Positions 22,321 through 30,900 of a stretch of DNA of 64,000 nucleotides are shown here, piece by piece. The notes below the pieces were generated by a model. That model was not told where the DNA came from. It did not search any database and saw only the letters and a list, made by a program, of their open reading frames with translations. The stretch covers positions 8,319-72,318 of the forward strand of contig JBQTIQ010000017.1 in NCBI GenBank assembly GCA_052387955.1. Direction: 5' to 3'. The DNA comes from Acidimicrobiia bacterium (GTDB lineage: Bacteria > Actinomycetota > Acidimicrobiia > Acidimicrobiales > JACDCH01). The first letter of the stretch is position 1; every line of letters starts with the position of its first letter. Both the position numbers and the translations under genes were made by a program.

Positions 22321-23088
22321 ATGTGGCCACTGGTACGCGGCGCCTCCTTCGACGACCCGCTCGATCCCTACCGTGCCGTTGGTCGTGGCCGGCCCGACGG
22401 GCGGTGCTGGCTGATGGCCAACATGGTGGGCGGCCTCGACGGGGCCGCGACGATCGAAGGGCGCGTCGGGAGGCTCACCAACGAGACCGACCAACGGCTC
22501 TTCCGGGCCTTGCGGTCGTTGGCCGACGTGGTCCTGGTGGGCGCCGAGACCGTGCGCCGGGAGCGCTACGGCCCGGTCCGGCTCACGGACGAGCAGAAGG
22601 CCGAGCGGGCCAGCGCCGGCCGCACCCCGGTCCCTCCTCTGGCCATCGTGAGCCGTTCGCTCGATCTCGACTGGTCGGCGCCGGCCTTCGCCGCGGTGCA
22701 AGAGGGGGCCACGACGATCGTCCTCACCGGAGGCGCAGCCGATCCCGAGCGGCTGGCGCGGGCCGCGGCGGTGGCCGAGGTCGTCCTCGTCGGCGACGGT
22801 GTCGACGTGGAGCCGGGCGCCCTGCTCGATGCGCTCACCAGCCTCGGCGCCCGGGTTGTGCTGTGCGAGGGCGGCCCTCACCTGCTCGGGCGCTTCGTCG
22901 CCGCCGGGCTGCTCGACGAACTGTGCCTCACCATCGCCCCGGTGCTGGGAGGCGACGGGCTGGGCCTGTCGGTGGCGGGCCCGTCCGCTTGCGCCGCGGT
23001 GCCCTTCGGCCTGGAGTCGGTGCTGGTCGACGACGAGGGAGCGCTCTTCCTGCGCTACGAGCGTGCTCCCGCCGGTGCCGGCCGATGA
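22321..23088 (+). CDS. RibD C-terminal domain / dihydrofolate-reductase-like pyrimidine reductase family protein
   Basis: This is the 3' part of ORF 22270..23088 (ATG 22321; 22270 is also possible). It has the blocks ANMVGGLDGAATIEGRVG, DQRLFRALRSLADVVLVGAETVRRE and VLCEGGPHLLGRFVAAGLLDELCLTIAP. Confidence 0.7.
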   Translation: MWPLVRGASFDDPLDPYRAVGRGRPDGRCWLMANMVGGLDGAATIEGRVGRLTNETDQRLFRALRSLADVVLVGAETVRRERYGPVRLTDEQKAERASAGRTPVPPLAIVSRSLDLDWSAPAFAAVQEGATTIVLTGGAADPERLARAAAVAEVVLVGDGVDVEPGALLDALTSLGARVVLCEGGPHLLGRFVAAGLLDELCLTIAPVLGGDGLGLSVAGPSACAAVPFGLESVLVDDEGALFLRYERAPAGAGR

Positions 23089-23603
23089 GCACCGGCGAGC
23101 CCGACGTCTCCGGTGCCTTCGACCGCCTGGTGGCCGGCACCGACGGCGCCATGGTGGTGGTCACCGTGGACAACGGCGACCAACGGGCTGGATGCCTGGT
23201 CGGGTTCCATTGCCAGGCCAGCATCGAGCCGGCCCGCTATGCGGTGTGGCTCTCGAAGGCCAACCACACCTACCCGGTGGCCCTGCTGGCCGAGTTCCTG
23301 GCCGTGCACGTTCTCGGCGCCGGCGAGCGCGACCTGGCCGTCCTCTTCGGTACCCGCTCCGGTGACGAGACCGACAAGTTCGGCCACTGCGAATGGGTGC
23401 CGGGCCCGGGCGGCGTGCCCTTGCTGGAGCGGTGCCCCGATCGGATGGTGCTGCGCCGGCGTGGCCTGATCGACGTCGGCGGCGACCATGTATGCGTGGT
23501 GGGGGAGCCGGTGGCGGCGTGGGCAGGCACCCTTGCGGTGCCGCTGCGCCTGTCGGCGCTGACCGACCTCGACCCCGGTCACGACGCCGGGGAGCGCCGG
23601 TAG
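23085..23603 (+). CDS. Flavin reductase-like (NAD(P)H-flavin oxidoreductase) domain protein
   Basis: These are the last 172 codons of ORF 22323..23603. ATG 23085 overlaps the upstream stop (ATGA). It reads AFDRLVAGTDGAMVVVTV...AGCLVGFHCQASIEP.... Confidence 0.75.
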   Translation: MSTGEPDVSGAFDRLVAGTDGAMVVVTVDNGDQRAGCLVGFHCQASIEPARYAVWLSKANHTYPVALLAEFLAVHVLGAGERDLAVLFGTRSGDETDKFGHCEWVPGPGGVPLLERCPDRMVLRRRGLIDVGGDHVCVVGEPVAAWAGTLAVPLRLSALTDLDPGHDAGERR

Positions 23604-23657
23604 GCCGTCCGGCCGGGACACGGTGACGCGTCAACGAGGAAGCCGTACCCTCCCCTC

Positions 23658-24167
23658 ATGGCAGAGCCCGACTGGCTGGACGCCGACCAGCAGCGGGCGT
23701 GGCGGGCCTATCTGCGCTCCCACGCCGAGTTGGTGGCGGCGCTGAACCGGCGCCTGGTCGCGGCCGACGGCCTGTCGGTGGCCGACTACGAGGTACTCGT
23801 CCATCTCACCGAGGCCCCCGGTCAGCGCCTCCGCCCCTTCGAGCTGGCCGACCTCATGGCGTGGGAGAAGAGCCGGCTGTCGCATCACCTGGCCCGGATG
23901 CGAGGCCGCGGGCTGGTCCGTCGTCAGCAGTGCGACAGCGATGGCCGCGGCGCCTGGACCGTGTGCACCGCCGCCGGTCGGAGGGCCATGGCCGGCGCCG
24001 CCACCGGCCATGTCGCCGACGTCCGTCGCTGGTTCGTCGAGCCGGTCGGCCAGCGTGACCTGGCCATCCTGGGGGACCTCAGCGAACGGGTCCTGGCTGC
24101 CATCGCCGACGACGAGCTAGCTGGGGGGCTGGGCCCCCCCGGCCCCCGTCGCCGCCCGGCTCCCTAG
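23658..24167 (+). CDS. MarR-family transcriptional regulator
   Basis: ORF 23658..24167. The winged-HTH region is GLSVADYEVLVHLTEAPGQRLRPFELADLMAWEKSRLSHHLARMRGRGLVRR. The last ~16 codons and the stop lie inside a family-A repeat. Confidence 0.85.
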   Translation: MAEPDWLDADQQRAWRAYLRSHAELVAALNRRLVAADGLSVADYEVLVHLTEAPGQRLRPFELADLMAWEKSRLSHHLARMRGRGLVRRQQCDSDGRGAWTVCTAAGRRAMAGAATGHVADVRRWFVEPVGQRDLAILGDLSERVLAAIADDELAGGLGPPGPRRRPAP

Positions 24168-24186
24168 CGGTCGCTCGGTCGGCATC
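24117..24186 (+). repeat. Family-A repeat copy in the convergent MarR/pirin gap
   Basis: ctagctggggggctgggcccccccggcccccgtcgccgcccggctccctagcggtcgctcggtcggcatc closely parallels 42367-42434. Confidence 0.8.
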
Positions 24187-24190
24187 GAGC

Positions 24191-25144
24191 TCAGCCTCGG
24201 TAAGGGCGCAGCCCGTCGACGGGGACACGGCCGAGGCGGCCGGCGTGGAAGTCGTCGAACGCCTGTTGCAGCTCGGCGCGGGTGGTCATCACGAACGGGC
24301 CGTAGGCGGCGACGGGTTCGCCGATGCGCCGGCCCCCGAGCAGGAGCACCTCGAGCGCGCCGGTGGCGTGCGCCCCGACCTCGATGGTGTCGCCGGGGCC
24401 GAAGCGGGCCAGCTGGCCCGACGTGATCGGCTGCCCGTCGGTGCCGACGGTGCCGTCGCCAGCCAGGGCATAGGCCAGGGCATTGAAGCTGGCCGGCCAC
24501 CGCAGTCGCAGCCGGGCGCCGGGGGAGACGGTCGCATGGGCGACGGTGATGGGGGTGTGGGTGGCGCCCGGGCCGATGTGGCCGGCGAGGTCGCCGGCGA
24601 TGAGCCGGACGAGGGCCCCGCCGTCGGCTGAGGACAGCAGGGTGACCTGGTCGCCCTCGATGCTCTGGTAGCGGGGGGCGGCCATCTTGTCCCTGGCCGG
24701 CAGGTTGACCCACAGCTGGACGCCGTGGAACAGCCCTCCGCTCAGCACCAGTTCCTCGGGCGGCGTCTCGATGTGGAGGATCCCGCCGCCGGCGGTCATC
24801 CACTGCGTGCCGCCGTTGGTGATGAGCCCGCCACCGCCGTGGGAATCCTGGTGCTGGAACGTGCCGTCGATCATGTAGGTGACGGTCTCGAAGCCGCGGT
24901 GCGGGTGCCAGTCGGTCCCCTTGGGTTCGCCCGGGGCGTAGTCGACCTCGCCCATCTGGTCCATGTGGATGAAGGGGTCGAGGTCGGCCTTCGACACGCC
25001 GGCGAACGCCCTCCGCACCGGGAACCCCTCGCCCTCGACGGCCCGAGGGGCGGTGAGAACGCCGACGACGGGCCGCGTCGCGGCCTCGGGGCCGGGCCGG
25101 TCGACCTTGGGCAGGGTGAGCGTGTCGGCGGTGATGGCAGGCAT
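24191..25144 (-). CDS. Pirin-family protein (bicupin)
   Basis: This is the 3' part of ORF 24191..25330. I set the start at ATG 25144, preceded by AGGAGG. It has FPVRRAF, DPFIHMDQMG and the metal motif HPHRGFETVTYMIDG. Confidence 0.9.
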   Translation of the reverse strand: MPAITADTLTLPKVDRPGPEAATRPVVGVLTAPRAVEGEGFPVRRAFAGVSKADLDPFIHMDQMGEVDYAPGEPKGTDWHPHRGFETVTYMIDGTFQHQDSHGGGGLITNGGTQWMTAGGGILHIETPPEELVLSGGLFHGVQLWVNLPARDKMAAPRYQSIEGDQVTLLSSADGGALVRLIAGDLAGHIGPGATHTPITVAHATVSPGARLRLRWPASFNALAYALAGDGTVGTDGQPITSGQLARFGPGDTIEVGAHATGALEVLLLGGRRIGEPVAAYGPFVMTTRAELQQAFDDFHAGRLGRVPVDGLRPYRG

Positions 25145-25238
25145 CGGGACCTCCTGATTGGTTGATCCGTCATCTACTGAACCGGGCGACGGTCGCCGAT
25201 GTTCCCGTCGGCCCGCTCCGGCGATTCGGAGCCGGTCG

Positions 25239-26321
25239 CTACTCGAGCCGCCGCTGCGGGTAGGCGGCGAAGTAGTCGGCGGCGGCGATCGGCTCGGACG
25301 ACTCGTAGCCGATGGGCAACAAGGCGACACCGATGCTGGTGGCGTAGTAGACGTCCCACAGGTAGTAGCCGGAGTAGGCGCCGGGATCGGCGGCGATCAC
25401 GTCCGCGATGGCGCGGATCGCCCGCACGTAGGCGTTGCTGTTGTTGTAGCGGTAGAGGGCGTTGTCGATCTCGCCGCGGTCGAACCCGTTGCGGGCCAGC
25501 AGGCGGGCGGCCGCCAGGATCGAGTCGCCGGGATCGTCGATGTCGCCGCCTTCGCCGTACTCGGCGAACGTCGAGGGCAGGAACTGCATCGGGCCCTGGG
25601 CACCGGCCGTGCTGAGGCCGCGGATCCGGCCCATGCCCGACTCGACGAGGTTGATGGCGGCCAGGTACTGCCATCCGACGCCGGTGGCGGCCTCGGCCTG
25701 GTGATAGGCCGACAGCAGCTCGGCTTCCGGTGCCGGTGCCACGATCTTCCAGGCCGGCACCGTGTCCCGTAACGGCGACGGCAGGAGCCGGGCCAGGTCG
25801 CGGCGGGCGGCGACGTTGGCCCGCACCGCCGCCCGCAGCTCCTCGGGCAGCGCCGCGTCCACCTCGTTGTCCCATTCCTGATGGCGGCCCAGGGTGCGGT
25901 AGGCGACCTGTTGTACCCGGGCTGCGGCCACGCGCTGGTCGGCCGGCGTGGCCGGGTCGCGTACGGCTCGTTCGGCGTTCGTCAGCTGCTGGGCGATCGT
26001 CGCGGCCTCGGCGGGGGACGGGGGCGCAGCGCCCTCACCCCCAGCCGATGAGGGGATGGCGGTGCCGGGCGGCGCAACCCCGTCGTGGTCGTCGGTACCC
26101 GGGGCAGTCGGGGCGGCCGTGGCTGGCGAGGAGGTGGCGCCGACGTCGACCTGCGCCGGGGGGGCCGAGGCCGCGCCGGGCCCCGGAGGGGGGAGGGTGG
26201 TGGCACCGTCGGGCCCCGCGCCGCAGGCGGCGACCGCGATCGCCATCCCCATCAGCGTCCCGGTCAGCCGCCGGGCCCGGCAGGCCGATCGGGCCGGGGG
26301 CGGGCCCGCTACGGGGCTCAT
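25239..26321 (-). CDS. Lytic transglycosylase (SLT-domain) lipoprotein
   Basis: This is the 3' part of ORF 25239..26771. ATG 26321 overlaps the upstream stop (ATGA). The signal and lipobox are MGMAIAVAACGAG. The SLT catalytic block is YLAAINLVESGMGRIRGLSTAGAQGPMQFLPSTF. Confidence 0.8.
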   Translation of the reverse strand: MSPVAGPPPARSACRARRLTGTLMGMAIAVAACGAGPDGATTLPPPGPGAASAPPAQVDVGATSSPATAAPTAPGTDDHDGVAPPGTAIPSSAGGEGAAPPSPAEAATIAQQLTNAERAVRDPATPADQRVAAARVQQVAYRTLGRHQEWDNEVDAALPEELRAAVRANVAARRDLARLLPSPLRDTVPAWKIVAPAPEAELLSAYHQAEAATGVGWQYLAAINLVESGMGRIRGLSTAGAQGPMQFLPSTFAEYGEGGDIDDPGDSILAAARLLARNGFDRGEIDNALYRYNNSNAYVRAIRAIADVIAADPGAYSGYYLWDVYYATSIGVALLPIGYESSEPIAAADYFAAYPQRRLE

Positions 26322-27616
26322 CCGGGGTCGAGGCGGGCGACCTCGCCTCCCAGGGACAGCACGTACAGCTCCCCGTCGGGCCCCTCGCCGAACGACGACG
26401 GGTTGTCGACGTCGAGGCCGATGTCGTCGACCACCACGCCCTCGGCCGTGCGCCGGAGCCCCATCAACCGGCCCCGGCAGAAGTCGGCGAACAGATAGGT
26501 GCCGACCAGACCCGGCACGGTGGTGCCCCGGTACACGTAGCCGCCGGTCACCGAGCAGCTGCCGTCGCCGTGGTCGTACTCGTGGAGGGGCCCGACGGCG
26601 CCGGCCGGTGGGCCGTCGGCGGCGAAGGGGTGGCTGCCCTCGACCGCGTCCCAGCCGAAGTTGGCACCTCGGCCGGCGCCGGCGGGCACGAAGTCGATCT
26701 CCTCCCAGTCGCCCTGGCCGACGTCGGCGATCCACAGGTCGCCGGTGGCCCGGTCGAAGGAGAACCGCCACGGGTTGCGCAGCCCGAAGGCGTACACCTC
26801 GGGCGCTCCGCCCCCGTTGACGAAGGGGTTGTCGGCCGGGATGGCGTAGGGCGATCCGCCGAGCGGGTCGATGCGGAGGATGTTGCCCAGCAGGTCATCG
26901 GTCTTCTGACCGTTGCCCTCGGGGTCGTTGGCGCCGCCGCCGTCACCCATGGCCCAGTAGAGGAACCCGTCGGGCCCGAAGGCAAGCTGGCCACCGTTGT
27001 GGTTCGACGCGAAGTCGGGCACCACGAGGACACGTTGGCGGCTGTCGGCGTCGATCCCGTCCCCGTCGACGGCCAGCCCGACGAGCTCCTGTTGTTCGTC
27101 GCGGTTGGTGTAGGCGATGAAGACCCGGTCGCCGGCGGGTGAGAAGGCGATGCCGAGAAGGCCCTGTTCGCCGCCGGCGACGACGTCGCCGCCGATGTCG
27201 AGCACGGGATCGTCGTCGACGGAGTACGACGGGTCGGCGGCCGAGCCCTCGATGCGGATGCGCCGCACCCGGCCGGCCTGCTCGGTCACGTACAGGCTGC
27301 GCTCACCGGCCCGCACCGCGGCGGCGGTCGGCGAACGCAACTGCGCCACCGACGAGAGCCGTAGTGCCGGCAACGGGCCCGAGGGTGGCGGCGGGATGGA
27401 GGCGTCCGGCTCGGCCCCTGGCGCCGGCGTCTGACCGGGCGTCGTCGCCGGCCCGGTGCCGGCGGTTGCGGGCACCGTGGTCGTGCCGGCGCTGCTCGAG
27501 GCGGTCGCCGTGGCGGGGTCGTCGCGGCCGCACGCCGTCAGCAGCATCAGGCCGCTGAGGACCACCGCGGCCCGCGGACGGGCCCGGCGTCGGCCCCGCG
27601 GTGTCGGTACTCTCAT
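26318..27616 (-). CDS. PQQ-dependent sugar dehydrogenase (soluble glucose/sorbosone dehydrogenase family) lipoprotein
   Basis: This is the 3' part of ORF 26318..28126. I set the start at ATG 27616 (MRVPTPRGRRRARPRAAVVLSGLMLLTACG). It has the blocks GLLGIAFSP, NHNGGQLAFGPDGFLYWAMGDGG, GLRNPWRFSFD and GGYVYRG. Confidence 0.85.
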   Translation of the reverse strand: MRVPTPRGRRRARPRAAVVLSGLMLLTACGRDDPATATASSSAGTTTVPATAGTGPATTPGQTPAPGAEPDASIPPPPSGPLPALRLSSVAQLRSPTAAAVRAGERSLYVTEQAGRVRRIRIEGSAADPSYSVDDDPVLDIGGDVVAGGEQGLLGIAFSPAGDRVFIAYTNRDEQQELVGLAVDGDGIDADSRQRVLVVPDFASNHNGGQLAFGPDGFLYWAMGDGGGANDPEGNGQKTDDLLGNILRIDPLGGSPYAIPADNPFVNGGGAPEVYAFGLRNPWRFSFDRATGDLWIADVGQGDWEEIDFVPAGAGRGANFGWDAVEGSHPFAADGPPAGAVGPLHEYDHGDGSCSVTGGYVYRGTTVPGLVGTYLFADFCRGRLMGLRRTAEGVVVDDIGLDVDNPSSFGEGPDGELYVLSLGGEVARLDPG

Positions 27617-27681
27617 CGGTGGGCTCGTCCCTTCGTCGTAACGGTCCCGGCTCGGACGGCCGGCGACGGCCGACAGCCCGT

Positions 27682-28545
27682 TCACTCCTCGATCACCCGG
27701 ATCAGCCCCTCTTGCACGGTCGACACCACCAGCTCCCCGGTGCGCCGGAAGATCGTCCCCCGGGCGAGACCCCGGGCCCCGGTGGCCGAGGGAGTGTCCT
27801 GGGCGTAGAGGAGCCATTCGTCGGCTCGGAACGGGCGATGGAACCACATGGCGTGATCGAGGCTGGCCATCATGAGATGCCCGAAGTCGTACTCGCCCCC
27901 GTGCGGCAGCAGCGACGTGTCGAGCAGCGTCATGTCGGACGCATAGGTCAGAACGCAGGTGTGCACCAACGGGTCTTCGGGGAGCTTGCCCGCCGCCTTC
28001 AGCCACACCAGTTGGCGGGGGGGCAGCGGTCCGGCGCGGTCCGGTGGCGTCCAGCTGGCGGGCCGGGCGTCGATGGGACGGGGACGGTCGAAGAGGTCGC
28101 CGAGCCGCTCCTTCCATGGCCGCCACAGCTCGAAGAAGTCGGGGAGCGACTCGGGGTCGGGAGCGTCGGGCATCTCGAGCTGGTGGTCGAGGCCGTCCTC
28201 TTGGCGCTGGAACGAAGCCGCCAGGTTGAAGATGGCCCGGCCGTGCTGGACGGCGATGACCCGCCGGGTGCTGAAGGAGCGGCCGTCGCGGATGCGGTCG
28301 ACCTGGTAGATGATCGGGGCGGCAGCGTCGCCGGGGCGCAGGAAGTAGGAGTGCAGCGAGTGGACCCCGTGGTCGGCCTCGACGGTGCGGGCCGCCGCCA
28401 CCAGGGCCTGGCCCGCGACCTGGCCGCCGAAGGTGCGCTGGCGGCTGTCGGCCGACGACGAGCCCCGGAAGAGGTCGACCTCGATGGCCTCGAGGTCGAG
28501 CAGCGTCACGAGGTCGTCGACCGCGTCCTGGCTGTTCTCCGTCAC
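27682..28545 (-). CDS. tesB: Acyl-CoA thioesterase II
   Basis: This is the 3' part of ORF 27682..28599. I set the start at GTG 28545, directly after AGGAGG. It has the double-hotdog blocks LLDLEAIEVDLFRG, FGGQVAGQALVAA, HSLHSYFLRPGD and DRIRDGRSFSTRRV. Confidence 0.85.
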   Translation of the reverse strand: MTENSQDAVDDLVTLLDLEAIEVDLFRGSSSADSRQRTFGGQVAGQALVAAARTVEADHGVHSLHSYFLRPGDAAAPIIYQVDRIRDGRSFSTRRVIAVQHGRAIFNLAASFQRQEDGLDHQLEMPDAPDPESLPDFFELWRPWKERLGDLFDRPRPIDARPASWTPPDRAGPLPPRQLVWLKAAGKLPEDPLVHTCVLTYASDMTLLDTSLLPHGGEYDFGHLMMASLDHAMWFHRPFRADEWLLYAQDTPSATGARGLARGTIFRRTGELVVSTVQEGLIRVIEE

Positions 28546-28655
28546 GGTCCTCCTGTGGGGGCTCGCCCCACAGTCTCGCGTGCGGTCCGGGTTGCCCACG
28601 GGCGCGGGCCGGGGGATGCCGTCAACGTGACAGGATGTCCGCCGCTGCCGCCGAT

Positions 28656-28720
28656 GCGAGCGCCGGAGCGCCAGCGCAGGTGCGGCCAGGCGCGGCCTGC
28701 GCGGCCGGGGAACGCCGACG
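28656..28720 (+). repeat. Family-B intergenic repeat, copy 1
   Basis: gcgagcgccggagcgccagcgcaggtgcggccaggcgcggcctgcgcggccggggaacgccgacg. By hand it is about 85 % identical to 38822-38886. The GGCCGGGGAAC(G/A)C end also occurs at 30873-30886 and 61059-61070. Confidence 0.85.
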
Positions 28721-28722
28721 TT

Positions 28723-29757
28723 ATGGGGGAACAGATGCGAACGCGATCACGACGGTTGTCGGCGCTCTTGCTGGCGTCGCTGCTCACCGTCGCCGCCTGC
28801 AGCGGCGACAGTGAGCCGCAGCCGGCGCAGGGTGTCGACACCGGTGGAGGCGCAGGCGGGCCGGTCGTCGTGCAGGTCGGCGTCAACCACCCCGACGACC
28901 GTCAGATCGCCGTCCTCCAGTACATGCCGGCGCTGGTCAAGGTGCCGGTCGGGGCGACCGTGGAATGGGTGTGGGACGGGACCCTCGAGTCCCACTCGGT
29001 CACGTTCCTCCCCGACGACGCCGAACGGCCTCCGCCGCTCGAGGCCGACCGGCTGTTCGCCCCGACCCCGCCGGAAGGCGCCTTCGACGGCGGCGACGTC
29101 GTGAACAGCGGCCTCCAGCCCCGTGGCGGTGCGCCGGCCGCGCCCTTCGACGTCACCTTCAGGGTGCCTGGTCTCTTCGAGTACTACTGCGTCATCCACC
29201 CCGAGATGATCGGGGTGGTGTCCGTCGTCGAGAGCGGCGCGGTCGACACCCCCGTACTGGCCACCCAGAAGGGGACAGCAGAACGGGCCATCTATCTGGC
29301 CGAAGGGCGTGCGGCCAAGACCGCCTTCGACGCCGCTCCCCGCGAGCAGGTCCCGAACGCCGACGGCACGACGACCTGGAAGGTGCCCATGGGCGCGTCG
29401 ACGTCGTTCACCGACTCCCTCAGCTTCGGGAACAGCTTCAACGTCGCCCCCGGCGACACCGTGCTCTTCGTAAACAACTCGGCCACGGCCCACACCGCCA
29501 CCTACTTCGGCGACACCCCCAAGCTGATCGACCCCGCCAACCCGACGGTGAGGTCCCCGTCAGGGCCGTCGCCGCTGGCCGTCAACCCGGCCGCGCTGTC
29601 GAGCTCGGGGGTGGTGAGGCCGGCCTTACCGGTCGACGCCCCCCCACCAGAGGCCGACCGGAGCTTCGCCTTCGTCGTGCCCGGCCCCGGTACCTATGAG
29701 TTCTACTGCGTGTTCCACGAGCCGAGCGGCATGGCCGTGGCCATCACCGCCGGCTGA
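28723..29757 (+). CDS. Two-domain cupredoxin (blue-copper-like) lipoprotein
   Basis: This is the 3' part of ORF 27601..29757. I set the start at ATG 28723 (MGEQMRTRSRRLSALLLASLLTVAACSG). It has two type-1-copper-like ligand sets: ESHSVTF...YYCVIHPEM and TAHTATY...FYCVFHEPSGM. Confidence 0.75.
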   Translation: MGEQMRTRSRRLSALLLASLLTVAACSGDSEPQPAQGVDTGGGAGGPVVVQVGVNHPDDRQIAVLQYMPALVKVPVGATVEWVWDGTLESHSVTFLPDDAERPPPLEADRLFAPTPPEGAFDGGDVVNSGLQPRGGAPAAPFDVTFRVPGLFEYYCVIHPEMIGVVSVVESGAVDTPVLATQKGTAERAIYLAEGRAAKTAFDAAPREQVPNADGTTTWKVPMGASTSFTDSLSFGNSFNVAPGDTVLFVNNSATAHTATYFGDTPKLIDPANPTVRSPSGPSPLAVNPAALSSSGVVRPALPVDAPPPEADRSFAFVVPGPGTYEFYCVFHEPSGMAVAITAG

Positions 29758-30836
29758 TCTTCGTCCTCACTTCGCTCCCTCCGCGGCGGCGAGTTCGATG
29801 GGGCAAGGACCGAGCCGTGGTCGGTGAACAGGCCAGAGGCCGGTGACGTGCCGGCCAGCGCGTCGGCACACAGGACCACGGCGGCCGCGGTATAGGTCGA
29901 GCGCTCTTCTCGGGGGAAGCGGGCGCCGTCGGGGAGCACCGTGCCGGTCCAGTAGCGGTCGTCGTCGTGGCGGTACTGAGCTGTCCACGAGAACAGGCGC
30001 TCGGCCTCGTCCCGTCGGCCGACGGCGAGGTGGGCCAGGGCGCATTCGCACGTCTCGGCCACCGTGACCCAGGGCCGGTCGGACACACAGCGCACGCCCC
30101 GGCCCTCGATGACGAAGCGGTGGTGGCGGCCCTCCAGCCGCGCCCGCCCGTCGTCGTCGCCGATCACGCCGGCCAGGACGGGGTAGTACCAGTCCATGGC
30201 CCACCGGTGCTTGGGGGCAAAGGCGTCGGGGCGTCCGACGATGGCTTCGGCCAGACGGCCGGCGGCCTGCTCCCAGTGGGGCCGCTCGTGGCCGAGACGG
30301 CGGGCGAGGGCCACGGCGCAGCGCAGGGAGTGGCAGATCGACGACGACCCCGTGAGCAGGGCGAACGACCATGGGGTGCCGTCGGCGTGCCGGGCCCAGA
30401 TGACCTCGCCCGCCGGCCGCTGCAGGCCGAGCACGAACCCGACGGCTCGCTCGACCACCGGCCACAGGGCGGCGGCGAAGCCGGGATCGTCGAACAGCAG
30501 CAGGTGATGCCACACCCCGGTGGCGACGTAGGCGCACACGTTGGCGTCGAGCCGGTCGTGCTCGACCCGGTCGGCCACGTAGTACTGGTGCCAGGCACCG
30601 TCCGGGCGCTGATGGTCGGCGAGCCAGGCGTAGGCCCGCTCGGCGTCAGCCCGCCGTCCGCCGACCGCCAGGGCCATGGCCGCCTCGACGTGGTTCCAGG
30701 GGTCGGCGTGCCCGCCCGGCACCCACGGGACCAGGCCCGAGGGCAGCTGCCACTCGGCGATGGCGTCCACCGTTCGGGCCAGCTCGGCGGAGGAGACCAC
30801 ACCACGCACCCCAGCCGATACGCCAGACGTCGTCAC
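29703..30836 (-). CDS. Prenyltransferase / squalene-hopene-cyclase-repeat ((alpha/alpha)6-barrel) family protein
   Basis: ORF 29703..30836 with a GTG start. It has repeated QW-like segments (WQLPSGLVPW, HQRPDGAWHQYY, LQRPAGEVIW). The 3' end overlaps the convergent cupredoxin gene by 55 nt. Confidence 0.65.
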   Translation of the reverse strand: MTTSGVSAGVRGVVSSAELARTVDAIAEWQLPSGLVPWVPGGHADPWNHVEAAMALAVGGRRADAERAYAWLADHQRPDGAWHQYYVADRVEHDRLDANVCAYVATGVWHHLLLFDDPGFAAALWPVVERAVGFVLGLQRPAGEVIWARHADGTPWSFALLTGSSSICHSLRCAVALARRLGHERPHWEQAAGRLAEAIVGRPDAFAPKHRWAMDWYYPVLAGVIGDDDGRARLEGRHHRFVIEGRGVRCVSDRPWVTVAETCECALAHLAVGRRDEAERLFSWTAQYRHDDDRYWTGTVLPDGARFPREERSTYTAAAVVLCADALAGTSPASGLFTDHGSVLAPSNSPPRRERSEDEDQPAVMATAMPLGSWNTQ

Positions 30837-30842
30837 CGGTCG

Positions 30843-30887
30843 CGCCCAGGCGCGGCCCTGAGCGGCCTGCGTGGCCGGGGAACGCCA
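30843..30887 (+). repeat. Family-B repeat, partial copy
   Basis: cgcccaggcgcggccctgagcggcctgcgtggccggggaacgcca shares the ccaggcgcggcc and cctgcg.ggccggggaacgcc segments with 28684-28716. Confidence 0.6.
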
Positions 30888-30900
30888 GCTAGCAACGCGT

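Noticed and set aside
28700-28722. The GGGGAAC end of family-B repeats read as an ECF-sigma -35 box (GGAAC)
   Set aside because: No CGT-type -10 element lies at the required spacing of about 16-17 nt. The spacing is 6 nt in copy 1 and 10 nt in copy 2. In three of four copies the motif points away from the adjacent gene starts.
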